Below, piece by piece: positions 1 to 10,817 of a stretch of 57,521 nucleotides of DNA. The stretch is from an uncultured virus (IMG/VR IMGVR_UViG_3300020207_000005) (lineage: Duplodnaviria > Heunggongvirae > Uroviricota > Caudoviricetes). The position numbers and the translations under genes were made by a program. Each line of letters begins with the position of its first letter. The stretch's first letter is position 1. Under the pieces are notes generated by a model. That model saw nothing but the letters and a program-made list of their open reading frames with translations, was not told the origin of the DNA and ran no database searches. Location: the IMG/VR virus record IMGVR_UViG_3300020207_000005; one strand, written 5' to 3'.

Positions 1-863
1 CCATTTACATCAATACCAGCTGGCATCCAAGTTAATACATCGTAAGTATTACCTGACCAATCACATCTTAATCTTCCAAATCCAACACCGACATTATTTG
101 CACCATCTATATAAGCTCTAGCGAATGTACTCCCACTTCCGGTTTTAGAACCTGTAGGAATAAACTCATTACCTGTATAAGTTTGAAGTTCACCATCTCC
201 ATCAAATGAAATTGTTCCATCATTTGCGATGTTGATTCCGTCTCCACCTGAGAAAGCACCTCTTGCTCTAGCATCTGTGTAATATTTGTTTGTTGAACCT
301 TCAGAAACATCATCGGTACTTAAACCTGCACCACCTCCACCAATTGAGAGTGTTCCTACAGTTAATGTTCCTGTTACTTCAGCATCAGCTGCAACAGTCA
401 GGTCTTCACCAACAATAATATTTGGAACTGATAAAGTACCTGCAGTTGATAATTGAAACTTAGTAGGTGCTGTACCTGTATCGATTATAAAGTTGCCAGG
501 ATTTGAATTTTCTAATCCAACATCCCATGCGAGACTTCCGTCTGTAAATCTTACTTGTCCACCTGAACCAAAATTAAATTCTGCTGTTGTTTGACTAGCA
601 CCATTGATTTTAATATCTGAATTGAAGTTGATTGTCGCGCCACCCGTACGTGAAGCAATTGTATCAGATTGAAGTAGAGTACTTGCAATTAAATTGGTTG
701 ACGTGAAATCACCAATTAATGTAGCATCACCTGTTGTTGTATCACCAGTTCCTGAAGCTGTGATTGCATCAGTTCTGAAGATATTAACAACCTCGTTGGT
801 CTTATCAAACCAGTTTTGGAAAGTCTGTGATGTATTAATTGTACTTAGTGCTGGTTTAGCCAT
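1..863 (-). CDS. Tail fibre/virion structural protein, N-terminal part (runs off window start)
   Basis: Not in the ORF track. ATG at 863 reads MAKPALSTINTSQTFQNWFDKTNEVVNIFRTDAITASGTGDTTTG..., an N-terminus typical of T4-like fibre proteins (TF..W..KTN), and is Thr/Gly/Ser-rich. Confidence 0.7.
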   Translation of the reverse strand, partial: MAKPALSTINTSQTFQNWFDKTNEVVNIFRTDAITASGTGDTTTGDATLIGDFTSTNLIASTLLQSDTIASRTGGATINFNSDIKINGASQTTAEFNFGSGGQVRFTDGSLAWDVGLENSNPGNFIIDTGTAPTKFQLSTAGTLSVPNIIVGEDLTVAADAEVTGTLTVGTLSIGGGGAGLSTDDVSEGSTNKYYTDARARGAFSGGDGINIANDGTISFDGDGELQTYTGNEFIPTGSKTGSGSTFARAYIDGANNVGVGFGRLRCDWSGNTYDVLTWMPAGIDVN

Positions 864-1047
864 TGTCTTTAGTTTCCAATTTCTCTATTTTTTCGTAAAT
901 TGTAATGATGCTTCTTTTAATCTCGAGAATATCGTTTTGAAGTTTATCTACTTTACGATAATAACTTCTTTCTACCTTATATTTATTTAGAGCTTCGATG
1001 TCTGTGTTTATTACCGCGCCGATGTTGTCTCTTTTCATATCACTCAT
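856..1047 (-). CDS. Small coiled-coil hypothetical protein
   Basis: 63 aa; GAVINTD...Y motif; tightly packed between two structural genes. Confidence 0.7.
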   Translation of the reverse strand: MSDMKRDNIGAVINTDIEALNKYKVERSYYRKVDKLQNDILEIKRSIITIYEKIEKLETKDNG

Positions 1048-1054
1048 AAGTCAC

Positions 1055-4000
1055 CTACGTTAGTGCAATTCCACGATAATCTCTTAGCGTTGGAGCGTTA
1101 TATACATTAGGTGATAACATTTCAATCTTAATTGCGAACCTTCTGAAACCATCAAAATTAGTTCCAAGTGCGTTTGCATATGTTAATACACCGGTTGCTT
1201 TGTTTGCATCTGATACTCTAAACTTAAATTCTCTATAATCGTTAAGATTTGAATTACTTGAAAATACTCCGTTTCCTTCAAAGAGTTCGAGTTCAATCCA
1301 AGGATTTAAATCAAATACATCACTATCATAAGAATTTTGAGGTTTAATATAACACTTAATATCAGAACCCGTTGGACGATATCCTGTTACTATTAAATGT
1401 AAATCTTCAGCATCTGCATCTGGAGCAAGTTCAATAATTTTAGAAATATATTTCGAAGTTGTCGCAGATGAATTTGTAATCTTGTATGTGTATGCTAATA
1501 ACTTAGATGTTTCAATATCTAAGAAAGGAGTTGATGTAGTGTTATTACCATTATCGAAATCAACAGTTAAATCAAAAGCTTTACTTCTATTTGGGTCATT
1601 AGATTTACTGTAAACAATCACACCTTCTTTACTGAAGTGATTATTATTATTGAATTCCATTGGTAATGTGTAAGTTGTGTTTACATTTGTAGGTGGTACA
1701 AAAGTTCCACCAAGTAAAGTTTTCGATGTTGAATCAACTGCTCTATTAATAAGAGGTTGAACATAACTGAAGTTAATATTATCGATACTTACGATGTCTG
1801 CAGTTTTACCACTATCAAGTCCTACGATAGGCAATCCAGGAGAGAATATGTTTGAAGACCTTACTGAGGACTCTTCTAAGTGCATCTCGTAAGGATTATT
1901 CTTATTGTAATAAGATAACCTTCCTACAACAACTGGTGTTCCTGTGCCATTAGATACTGCGAAGGATGCTGGCTTATCGAGTGTAATTGTTGTTGAGTTC
2001 AATACACTTACAACCTTGAAAATATCAGATTCAGTATTACCTGCATTCGAAATAAGAATAAAGTCATTATCCGCGTAAGTATCATCGAGGTTTGTACCTG
2101 TCATTGTTGCAGAATTAAGAGGTACATTTACTGTCGCACTAGTTGAACCTTGTAAAGATTTCTCTTGGTAAATTGTTTCACCTAAATTAAATCTTCCATT
2201 AAAGTTATTAACTGTTAAGAATTCGTGGTCATTATTTGTTAATGTAACACTACCTGTTGTTTGGTTGAAGTCGTGTCTACGTAAAGTAAACTTCATATCT
2301 TCGTCTTGATAAGATTTCCAAGCACTATTGTTTGTAGAACTAAATAGAACACCATCACCCCAGTCTTGTACAATAGCAGCACCTTGAGTATCACCTGGTG
2401 TTAAATCAGTTCCACCAACTTTTGAAGTGTATACTAAGTAGTTCGGGTCAGATGCATCTGGTTGAATTACAATTGCATATTCTTTTTCTACATCTAATCT
2501 TACAGGTGCTTCGAAAGCAAATGTAGTTGCGACTGAAGCATCGTCAGATGAAGCACTTGTTAATTCTGTTGGAATCTTATGTACTACTGAGAATGGAACA
2601 ATCTGATTAGATGGATAACCATTTACAACTTCTCTTACTTGTAATGATACACCGTTGGTTGTACTTACACGTTTGAAGAATACGTCAACTTCTGATAAGT
2701 AAACAGAGTTTGAACCTTGGCCCATACCTTTCTTAATAAAGAATGTTTGAGCGATTGGGTCACGACCTCTTGGTCTTCTTGCAACGTTTCTTGTTGTTGT
2801 CGTTGTGTTGATATCAAAATCAGGTTGTCGTGTTGAAGTTGTTAAAGCAGTCTTCTCAACTGCGAAGTTATATGCTCTATAAGTTACGAAACCTCTTGAT
2901 GTAGAACCACTTTCAATACTGTTATATAAATTAACATCAGCAATTTCTAATACTCTATCACCGACAAAGAATGTTTCAGGTGGTAATGAGAATACCGCTC
3001 TGAGTACACCATTTTCGTCAGTTGTTACTGCATCACCTTTATTACCATTACGCTTAATGTTACCAGCAGAATCGTCAGGTGAACCAGGAATTACATGAGC
3101 ATTTACATCAACACCATCAAAGAAGAAGTAGTGTTGTATATTTGGACGTAAACCAGACATATAAACTTTAATATCTCTACCTGCCATATATGGTTTCATA
3201 GAGAAGTTAGATACAAAGTCTCCTACGAATTGTTCTTGAGTTGAACCCTGATTTACACTAATTTCACTTGTTCTTGTTGTGATTGTTGTAACTTCAGTAG
3301 CACCACGTCCTCTTCCACCAAACCTTCTTCCCCAACCCCATCTATCTTCTTGCAATTCAACTGTTTGAGTTGTGTCAGTAAGTGGTAAAAACTCTTGAAT
3401 GTTATCGACAAATTCTTCGAAAGCTGTTGACATATCAATGTCAATAGTAACTGGATTTGTTGTTGTATCGTATGCAGCATCATAAGGTGGAGAAATAATT
3501 CCATCACCTTGATATTTGTAGAAGTTACTTACTGCATTACGGAAACCAGAAGCATAAGGTTGACTAATAATATCAACGTTCTGATTTCGAGATAATGTTC
3601 CAGCCTTTGCTTCAGATGTCGATGGGAAAATTGAAGCATTACTACTTGTTTTGTATGTTAAATCGAGTGCATAAGTTTTAACAGCAGGTGTTAAAATCTT
3701 TTGATTAAATGGAACCGCTGCCATAAAGTTTGGATTTTGAATATCTGCTAAAGATAAATCATTGAATGGGTCAACAATAAATCCATTTTTAAATCTGTTT
3801 AAACCATTTTCGTCAAGTACTGATAAGTTTTGAGTTTCAGATTCTAATTGGTTTAATGAAATATAATATGCCATGTTATCAATCTTCTTCTCTAACGAGT
3901 GAAGGTCTTTCATGGTATAGTTTTTAATTCCTGTTGAACGTGCTTTAACTGCGTATTCTCTCTTCTTCGCAGTATTCGCACCAGCTGAACTTAATGCAGG

Positions 4001-6436
4001 GAATCCTGGAACTGTGACTTCAGCAATAACGAGTTTTTCAGATTCAACTCGAGGAGGTGCTGGTAATTTTTCTTCTTTACCTTTAATTAAACTAATTTCA
4101 CCATAAGAGTCTGCGACAATAACATCGATTCTACTTAAATAATATTCAATGTCTGTTGTTGCACTAGCTGAACGTGCAGGAATAAGTGCAGGACCATAAG
4201 TGCTCCAATCAAGTGAATGAGCTCCAACCGCTGTTGTAATTGTTGGTGCCGCACCTTCAGTCACTGCAGAATAGTCTGCAGATGCGTCTTTATTAAGATA
4301 AGGTCTAAAGTCAAAGCATTCTCTTAAATTAAAACGGTTGCCTGATTGAGATACGTACACTGGAATGTCATAAGCATCTAATGAATTAGGATAACTATTA
4401 ATTGTAAAGAAATACTCTCCAGATGATGTACTTAATTGGAATACCTTAAGTTTAATGGTTAATACACCATTTGCAGGAACTGGTCTTCCTTGAATATATT
4501 CCATGTATGAAATATCGTAATAAGTATCTTTTTGGTTATTAACAAGTTTGAAACTACTTGTAAAATCATTACCAGAAGCGTCTTTTACTTCTGTAATATC
4601 AAATACATCTGGGAAACCTAAACTATATTGTGTTGTTGCACTTGTAAAGTTAACTTTAATATAAGGTTCTGCAACTGTCTTATTATATGGTTCAACACCA
4701 TTAGAACCAGCACCAACTAATCTCTTATTATAATAGAGTGTGACGTTAGTAGCTGAGTTTGCAGAAGCATCTAAATAAATGTCAAGTTGACTATTGTTTA
4801 AAGTTTTTAATGTACCAGTAACTGGAATTTGTGTATTAGAACCATCAACAACTAATATATCATCTTGTTGAACATCAAAGTCTTCACCAGGATTTGCTGT
4901 TAATGTAATAACATTCGCATTATGTGTTGCTGCAATTTTTTCTCTTACAGGAAGTAGTGTATCTGATGTAGCGAATAAACTCTTCATTCCTGTGTCGAAC
5001 AATAAAGATTTTCTTGCTGTTTCGTGTAATCTATTTCCTACTTCTAAGAATCCAGAACCATCACTGATTCTCGCTAAGTCAGCAGCTTTATTTGAACCCG
5101 TGAATGTAACTGCAGTTAAATAAACTCTTGTTGGTGATGCGTTAATCGCAATTGCTGTACCGATATTACTACCACCACTATCTTGTAAATTTACAGGAGT
5201 CCAATCGATATCAAGTGTACCAGTGAATGCTGTTACATCTACATAGTTTCCATAATCAAAAGATACTGAGTTATTATTTTGAACTTCTGTTTGTGTGATT
5301 TGGTCAACTACAAACGACCTTTCACCAGAATTCTCAACTCTAAATCCTTTAACATATGCTGTACCTGTTCCTAATAATACATTAACATCTCCATCTCTAT
5401 CATCTGTAGCAACTGGGAATTGTTTCAGTACATAGTTACCAGACTCTTCAAAAGTACGTCTTGCAAGTTCTTCACCTAATACGTTATATTGAGAAACGTC
5501 TCTTAGTGTAATAGCGTTTCCGTTTTGATATCGAATAAGTGTAAAGAACGCTGAGTCAGTATTTGCATCAGTTGTTGGTAATACTGTAAGTGTTGGAATT
5601 AATTGAAGTCTGTCTGCGCCTGGTGCATTCTCGTTAGATGAACCATTTGCGTTGTCATATAAATCGTTGTCTTGTAGTGCGTTAACTTGTTTTTCTTGTA
5701 CAGAATAACCTACTGAAACACCATCAGGTAAATTATTATATTTTGAAATAACAAGTACTTGGTCAGCAGCGAATAAGAAATGTCCTTTTTGGAAAACAAC
5801 ACCCGGCGAAGATTGAATACCGAATGATTTACCAACATGGTTTGAAAGAGATGTTACTGCTAAACCAGGAATTGATTGTGTCTCTTCTGCGAATACTGTA
5901 TTGGTGACACCGACTTTGTATTTCTTCAATACAACAGTTAATGGTTCACCTGCTCTAAATTCTGTATCTGTAGTTGCTGGGTCAGTAGGTGCAAGATAGT
6001 TAATAAAGAAAGTATTTAAATCAGGTGGTCTTGTTTCGAAACCTCTTGCAGCTGAAATGATTTGTGCTTTCAACCCAGAGTTTGCACCAGTAACTTCGTA
6101 AATATAATCAAGTTCTAAATCTTGTCCACCTGTTTGTACTGAGTTTTCAATAACTCTTCTACTAATATAACTAGTTGGGTCAAATCCTACGACATCGATA
6201 AGCTTAACAAATCTTAAATCATCTAAGTTTGTAAATGAACAACCTTTTACGATACTACCTTCTTTAAAGATATTATCTCCGAATTGCTCCACCTGATTTT
6301 GGAGCATAGATTGTAATTGCGTTAATTCCCTTGCCTGTACAGCGAACCCAGGCTTAAAGAGCACACGATAATATTGATTTTCGATATCGAAATCATCGAA
6401 ATATGGTGATTGGTTTAGGTTCGTATTAATAGGCAT
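1055..6436 (-). CDS. Large virion structural protein (DUF4815/VrlC-like)
   Basis: 1793 aa; N-terminus NLNQSPYFDDFD...YYRVLFKPGFAVQARELTQLQSMLQNQ, plus APGADRL, RFKNGFIVDPF and DPIAQTF motifs typical of this family. Confidence 0.85.
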   Translation of the reverse strand: MPINTNLNQSPYFDDFDIENQYYRVLFKPGFAVQARELTQLQSMLQNQVEQFGDNIFKEGSIVKGCSFTNLDDLRFVKLIDVVGFDPTSYISRRVIENSVQTGGQDLELDYIYEVTGANSGLKAQIISAARGFETRPPDLNTFFINYLAPTDPATTDTEFRAGEPLTVVLKKYKVGVTNTVFAEETQSIPGLAVTSLSNHVGKSFGIQSSPGVVFQKGHFLFAADQVLVISKYNNLPDGVSVGYSVQEKQVNALQDNDLYDNANGSSNENAPGADRLQLIPTLTVLPTTDANTDSAFFTLIRYQNGNAITLRDVSQYNVLGEELARRTFEESGNYVLKQFPVATDDRDGDVNVLLGTGTAYVKGFRVENSGERSFVVDQITQTEVQNNNSVSFDYGNYVDVTAFTGTLDIDWTPVNLQDSGGSNIGTAIAINASPTRVYLTAVTFTGSNKAADLARISDGSGFLEVGNRLHETARKSLLFDTGMKSLFATSDTLLPVREKIAATHNANVITLTANPGEDFDVQQDDILVVDGSNTQIPVTGTLKTLNNSQLDIYLDASANSATNVTLYYNKRLVGAGSNGVEPYNKTVAEPYIKVNFTSATTQYSLGFPDVFDITEVKDASGNDFTSSFKLVNNQKDTYYDISYMEYIQGRPVPANGVLTIKLKVFQLSTSSGEYFFTINSYPNSLDAYDIPVYVSQSGNRFNLRECFDFRPYLNKDASADYSAVTEGAAPTITTAVGAHSLDWSTYGPALIPARSASATTDIEYYLSRIDVIVADSYGEISLIKGKEEKLPAPPRVESEKLVIAEVTVPGFPALSSAGANTAKKREYAVKARSTGIKNYTMKDLHSLEKKIDNMAYYISLNQLESETQNLSVLDENGLNRFKNGFIVDPFNDLSLADIQNPNFMAAVPFNQKILTPAVKTYALDLTYKTSSNASIFPSTSEAKAGTLSRNQNVDIISQPYASGFRNAVSNFYKYQGDGIISPPYDAAYDTTTNPVTIDIDMSTAFEEFVDNIQEFLPLTDTTQTVELQEDRWGWGRRFGGRGRGATEVTTITTRTSEISVNQGSTQEQFVGDFVSNFSMKPYMAGRDIKVYMSGLRPNIQHYFFFDGVDVNAHVIPGSPDDSAGNIKRNGNKGDAVTTDENGVLRAVFSLPPETFFVGDRVLEIADVNLYNSIESGSTSRGFVTYRAYNFAVEKTALTTSTRQPDFDINTTTTTRNVARRPRGRDPIAQTFFIKKGMGQGSNSVYLSEVDVFFKRVSTTNGVSLQVREVVNGYPSNQIVPFSVVHKIPTELTSASSDDASVATTFAFEAPVRLDVEKEYAIVIQPDASDPNYLVYTSKVGGTDLTPGDTQGAAIVQDWGDGVLFSSTNNSAWKSYQDEDMKFTLRRHDFNQTTGSVTLTNNDHEFLTVNNFNGRFNLGETIYQEKSLQGSTSATVNVPLNSATMTGTNLDDTYADNDFILISNAGNTESDIFKVVSVLNSTTITLDKPASFAVSNGTGTPVVVGRLSYYNKNNPYEMHLEESSVRSSNIFSPGLPIVGLDSGKTADIVSIDNINFSYVQPLINRAVDSTSKTLLGGTFVPPTNVNTTYTLPMEFNNNNHFSKEGVIVYSKSNDPNRSKAFDLTVDFDNGNNTTSTPFLDIETSKLLAYTYKITNSSATTSKYISKIIELAPDADAEDLHLIVTGYRPTGSDIKCYIKPQNSYDSDVFDLNPWIELELFEGNGVFSSNSNLNDYREFKFRVSDANKATGVLTYANALGTNFDGFRRFAIKIEMLSPNVYNAPTLRDYRGIALT

Positions 6437-6454
6437 ATCGTATTACTTTCCTGT

Positions 6455-8332
6455 TTAAAATTCCAAGACAAACTTAAATTCTTCTCTAGAGAGCTCTGTT
6501 CTTGCTAATGGGAAGAAGTCTTCCATAAAATAAACCTCTCCGGTTCTTTGAGTATAATCTGATGTCACTACATTATCTATTACTGGACTATTTATAGTGA
6601 TTGTCTGTCCAGCTTCATTCCTAAATGGTAATGTTAAATCTAGTGAAGTATCTCCTTGTCCTGTATCTGCGTTGTTTTGGTATGGTCCCATATATTCCGC
6701 AATATAGAATGTGTTTGCAGATGCGTCAACTTCGTGTACTTTCCCAGAAAAAGTAATCTCATTATCTGAGTTTACTTGAGTAACAGTACTATTCGCTGTT
6801 AATCTATCTATATCATTTGTCGTGACTGAAATTCTATTATCGAAAACAGTTGGTACAGAACTTGCAAATGAAGGTGAGCGAACAATACCTACACCTGAGT
6901 AAGTATTCGTATCTCCAATTCTTGTATTATCATCAGCAGAAATATAAGCATAAAAACTAAAGTGTTTACATCTAAACTCATCTAGTAAATTATATCCATG
7001 TCCACTGTCTGGTGATAATCTTGGTCTAACCGTTGCACGAACATCAGTTGTTGTCGTATCTTCTGGGTCAAAGTCAAACGCAGGGTCTACAACTTCACAG
7101 AAAGCGTTTCTATAACCACTACCCTGTTCTAAAACTGTAACTCTACTTATTCTATTGTCTACAATTTCTGGAATTGCGACTGCACCATTTCCGTCCCCAG
7201 TGACTTTAACTCTTGGGAATATTGTGAATGATGCGTTACTTGCAACCCCTGCTGCCACTGCATCTCTTTCGGCGGTAAAAGTTCCACCAGATGTGTATGC
7301 TGTAAATGCACTACCATCTAAATTTGAAGTTAAGTTTCTATCAACTTTCAAAGAGAATGTGTCATCACTAATTTTTACTGCGTAATATGTAACACCACTA
7401 TTTAATTCTGTTGTTCCACCTACATTGCTAAATCTTATTTGTGTTCCATCAACTAATCCGTGAGCAGTTGCTGTTACAACAACTGGATTTGTTGTTGTTA
7501 CTCCTTCAACATTAATTGTTTTCTTACCATAAATTAATTCATTACCTACACGTATTTCTGCATTACCTGTAGTTGTATTAAAATTATAATAATTAATCGT
7601 AAATAAGTTTGCAACACCATTAGCATTAAGTGTGTAAATGTTTTGGCCGACATAATAGTTTGTAATAGGACTCCATGTAGTAAATGGGTCAACTAACATA
7701 GTTCCGCTTGTAAATGGTGAAGAAATTAAACCACCACTTTCTTTTACATATCCAGAATTATCTAAATTATTTTCTACTACTATGTCTGAAACTCTTGAAC
7801 CACCTCCGTATGGTGGATTCGTATTGAATGTTCCAATAATAGGAACATAACCTAAAGCGTTATATGCTTCGAATTGTAAGTCACTAATAACATACATAAA
7901 TTTCCAAACATATCCGTCTGCTGTTTCATAAACTTGGTTTGTAGTTGTTGGGTTATAATTAGGAGGTGAAGTAACTGCAGCACCACTATTATTATTTAAA
8001 CACTTATAAACACGATAATCACCAGTTTCGTTATCGTTAGGTCCAACAACCGCATAAAATCTTTGGTCTGTTAAATCGACTTGGTCATCATATTCAACAT
8101 ATACTTGACCTACCTGCCAAGGATAATATTTAATCATAAAATGAATGTCATTGATTTCTATTTTTTTACCGAATAGAGTACGCTCCAAAAATTCGTTTTT
8201 GGATTTCTGAGAATCTACTGGGTCAAAAGAATCAATACCAGACACATACAAGAAATAATTGTTATTGGCAATATCGTCAATAAACAATCTTGTGATGTCT
8301 GTTTTGAAACTATTACTTAATATCTCTGGCAT
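6455..8332 (-). CDS. gp8: Baseplate wedge subunit gp8-like
   Basis: YRVYKCLNNN...P...TADGYVWKFMY motif; C-terminal REEFKFVLEF. Confidence 0.85.
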   Translation of the reverse strand: MPEILSNSFKTDITRLFIDDIANNNYFLYVSGIDSFDPVDSQKSKNEFLERTLFGKKIEINDIHFMIKYYPWQVGQVYVEYDDQVDLTDQRFYAVVGPNDNETGDYRVYKCLNNNSGAAVTSPPNYNPTTTNQVYETADGYVWKFMYVISDLQFEAYNALGYVPIIGTFNTNPPYGGGSRVSDIVVENNLDNSGYVKESGGLISSPFTSGTMLVDPFTTWSPITNYYVGQNIYTLNANGVANLFTINYYNFNTTTGNAEIRVGNELIYGKKTINVEGVTTTNPVVVTATAHGLVDGTQIRFSNVGGTTELNSGVTYYAVKISDDTFSLKVDRNLTSNLDGSAFTAYTSGGTFTAERDAVAAGVASNASFTIFPRVKVTGDGNGAVAIPEIVDNRISRVTVLEQGSGYRNAFCEVVDPAFDFDPEDTTTTDVRATVRPRLSPDSGHGYNLLDEFRCKHFSFYAYISADDNTRIGDTNTYSGVGIVRSPSFASSVPTVFDNRISVTTNDIDRLTANSTVTQVNSDNEITFSGKVHEVDASANTFYIAEYMGPYQNNADTGQGDTSLDLTLPFRNEAGQTITINSPVIDNVVTSDYTQRTGEVYFMEDFFPLARTELSREEFKFVLEF

Positions 8333-8384
8333 TTTATGAGCTCATTAAAAAATTTGAATTGTTAGTTTTATTTATCTTCATTGC

Positions 8385-10814
8385 CTAAGCTACTCTGATT
8401 TTCCTTCTAGGATATGTTTGTCCTGTTGAAGGTCTAGAAGTATAAGTTATACTTCTCGGTTGTTTTGTTTTTCCTACTGTTCCATTTCTTATTGACCAAG
8501 GTAACCAAACTCTTGTATTCGGAGTGGTGCCCATGATTCCAGTACCTTGATAATATTCCTCATCTTCACTTAATACGACAATATAATTACCCATTGCAGC
8601 GTGGTTCGAACAAATATAATAATAGATACCAGTGTCTGCAGTATTTGTATTCCAAACAATGAATCCTGATGAAGCGCCATTATTTGTTACACCATTACTA
8701 TAGCCGCCCGTACTTCCTTGTACAATACCAATTTCACCATCGTATTGTTTAATGTAGAGAGGATGCCCACTTGTTGATATGTTAAAAGTTAGTGTGTCAC
8801 CTTTTCTTATAACTATCATTGGGTCATTACTAGCACTAAATGTATTTGGCCCAGCAGTTCCTGTAAAAGTATAACTTGTGCTTCCACTATTTCCTACAGT
8901 AAGAACATAGTTATCGTTATAAGTGTTTCTGTCTTGTACTCTTTCAGTTATCGTCGTGCGCTGAGTCATAGTTTGGTTTTGGAAATAAGAACCTTGTAAC
9001 CTGTGGTTCCACATTTCTGTACCTGCAGCAGGAAAAGCGGTTTTACTTACTGCATTACCATCTCTGTCTTTTCCTAAATCTTCTACTAATTGAAGAGGGT
9101 TTTGAGAGAAAGTACTTCTTATCATAGTTCTTAATTCTGCAATCGTTGGCCAAGACGCTCCACCTTCTCCATAATAATAATGGTCAAGCATTAATGCAAC
9201 TGCACCAACTACATTTGGGCATCCAGCTGAAGTTCCCGAAAATGTTCCCCATTGAAATCCATTTGAGTCAGTTTTAAGATTATAACTACTTGCAGCACAC
9301 CATGAACCTCTTCCTTGTCCTAATGCATCAATCGCCGGACCTCTTGCGGGATAAGACTCTATCATTGGGTTTGTTGTACTGAATTGATATGTTGAAACAT
9401 AAAATGAATATCGATGGCCGATGAACTCACACCTATGAGTATATTCTGTACCAGTTACAGGTGCATAAGTATTTTCGGTTGCCGTAACTTTATTATTGTT
9501 GAATTCGTTTAAGTCATAGTAAAAATAATTTGCATCTAAAAAGATTTGATTATTATACTGAGGCTGGTCTGTTCTTGCAAAAACAACTGGAGTATTACCA
9601 GCTGAGAAGAATTGATAGCAACCTTCAATAGAATTAAAGTAATCTAAAATAAAATCCCATGTTGCGTCTCTAGAAGTGTTTGAACGAAAAGTTGCGATTC
9701 CCCACTTATCAGTTCCATTAGCACCAGTTGTGTTAACAACGTTGAATCCGTTGTCTACGAAATCTGAGTAATCACTTCCCCAACCACCACCTGGTCTAGT
9801 TACTGTTGTTTGATTTCCATCATCATCAAATGCGTTAAAAGAAGAAATTTCTTCGATAGGTATAATATTTTCGGCTCTTCTATCAGCATAAAAACCCCAA
9901 GAATTGTTTACGATAGTAGCGTTTCTTTTTCCTGTATCTGGGTTGACCGGTTTTGCTTGGTGCCATGCATAAATTGCGGAATATATTGAAAGGTAACTAT
10001 CATAAGTCGTATCAGCATAATAAAGGTTTGCGTTTTTTGCCCAACCACAATAAGTACCTGCTGCAACTGATGCGGATGCAAGTGCGTGTTTACCAAGGTC
10101 TGTCCAACCATTTGTGACTTGATTATTTCTTACGTTAGTTACTCCTGAATCATAATCACTCCAATCAACAGCAACAAATCTAAAATTATTAGATGAGTCT
10201 TTGAAATCTGGATGTGCTTGAGCCCACGATGGCTGTTCAACAATACCAGCACTAGGTTCTACAATAACAATATCAACTGTGCTTCCATCAAAATTATGAG
10301 ATATAGTCGTATTTGTTGATGCGTAAGTATCTTCTTGAGTTCCACCACCAAACTGAGCGTTATTAAAGAAACCTAAAGGCCTTCCATTTGGTGTTGGTGC
10401 TGTTGTATTTGTATCCCAGAAAAATTTAGCTGGAATAAAATCAGTTCCATCAAAAGTACTTGAAGGATAAGAAGTATCGAAGTATGTTTCAACGGTAGTT
10501 TTACCGTTACGATTTTGTGGGTTATAACTATTAAGTACGAAGTCTCTTTGGTAATCTAAACTCTCTACATCATCTCTTTCTGAAATAGTATTTGCTTCTT
10601 CTTCAGTAAATTTAAACGCGCATACTCTATGAAACGAAGAAGGATTAGCAACACACTCAAATCCTTGTGAATTTAAATCTTCACAAAAAGCCTCGCAGTC
10701 AGTTCCTTCGCTTAAAAGAATTGTGTAATTTTTTCTACCATTAGAATCTGCTTCATGAGGAATAACCTTAAAAAGTTCTTCTGATATAAACTGTGCTGAC
10801 TTGTCGATTGCCAT
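8385..10814 (-). CDS. Subtilisin-like (S8) serine protease with C-terminal cupredoxin-like domain, probably virion-associated
   Basis: VDIVIVE, KHALASASVAAG, SAGN and FSGTSAGCPNVVGAVAL motifs; HPLYIK...YYYICSNHAAM. Confidence 0.8.
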   Translation of the reverse strand: MAIDKSAQFISEELFKVIPHEADSNGRKNYTILLSEGTDCEAFCEDLNSQGFECVANPSSFHRVCAFKFTEEEANTISERDDVESLDYQRDFVLNSYNPQNRNGKTTVETYFDTSYPSSTFDGTDFIPAKFFWDTNTTAPTPNGRPLGFFNNAQFGGGTQEDTYASTNTTISHNFDGSTVDIVIVEPSAGIVEQPSWAQAHPDFKDSSNNFRFVAVDWSDYDSGVTNVRNNQVTNGWTDLGKHALASASVAAGTYCGWAKNANLYYADTTYDSYLSIYSAIYAWHQAKPVNPDTGKRNATIVNNSWGFYADRRAENIIPIEEISSFNAFDDDGNQTTVTRPGGGWGSDYSDFVDNGFNVVNTTGANGTDKWGIATFRSNTSRDATWDFILDYFNSIEGCYQFFSAGNTPVVFARTDQPQYNNQIFLDANYFYYDLNEFNNNKVTATENTYAPVTGTEYTHRCEFIGHRYSFYVSTYQFSTTNPMIESYPARGPAIDALGQGRGSWCAASSYNLKTDSNGFQWGTFSGTSAGCPNVVGAVALMLDHYYYGEGGASWPTIAELRTMIRSTFSQNPLQLVEDLGKDRDGNAVSKTAFPAAGTEMWNHRLQGSYFQNQTMTQRTTITERVQDRNTYNDNYVLTVGNSGSTSYTFTGTAGPNTFSASNDPMIVIRKGDTLTFNISTSGHPLYIKQYDGEIGIVQGSTGGYSNGVTNNGASSGFIVWNTNTADTGIYYYICSNHAAMGNYIVVLSEDEEYYQGTGIMGTTPNTRVWLPWSIRNGTVGKTKQPRSITYTSRPSTGQTYPRRKIRVA

Positions 10815-10817
10815 CTA

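Noticed and set aside
107..990. ORF-track entries 107..313 and 694..990
   Set aside because: Both overlap the real fibre gene starting at 863, which the track missed because it runs off the window.
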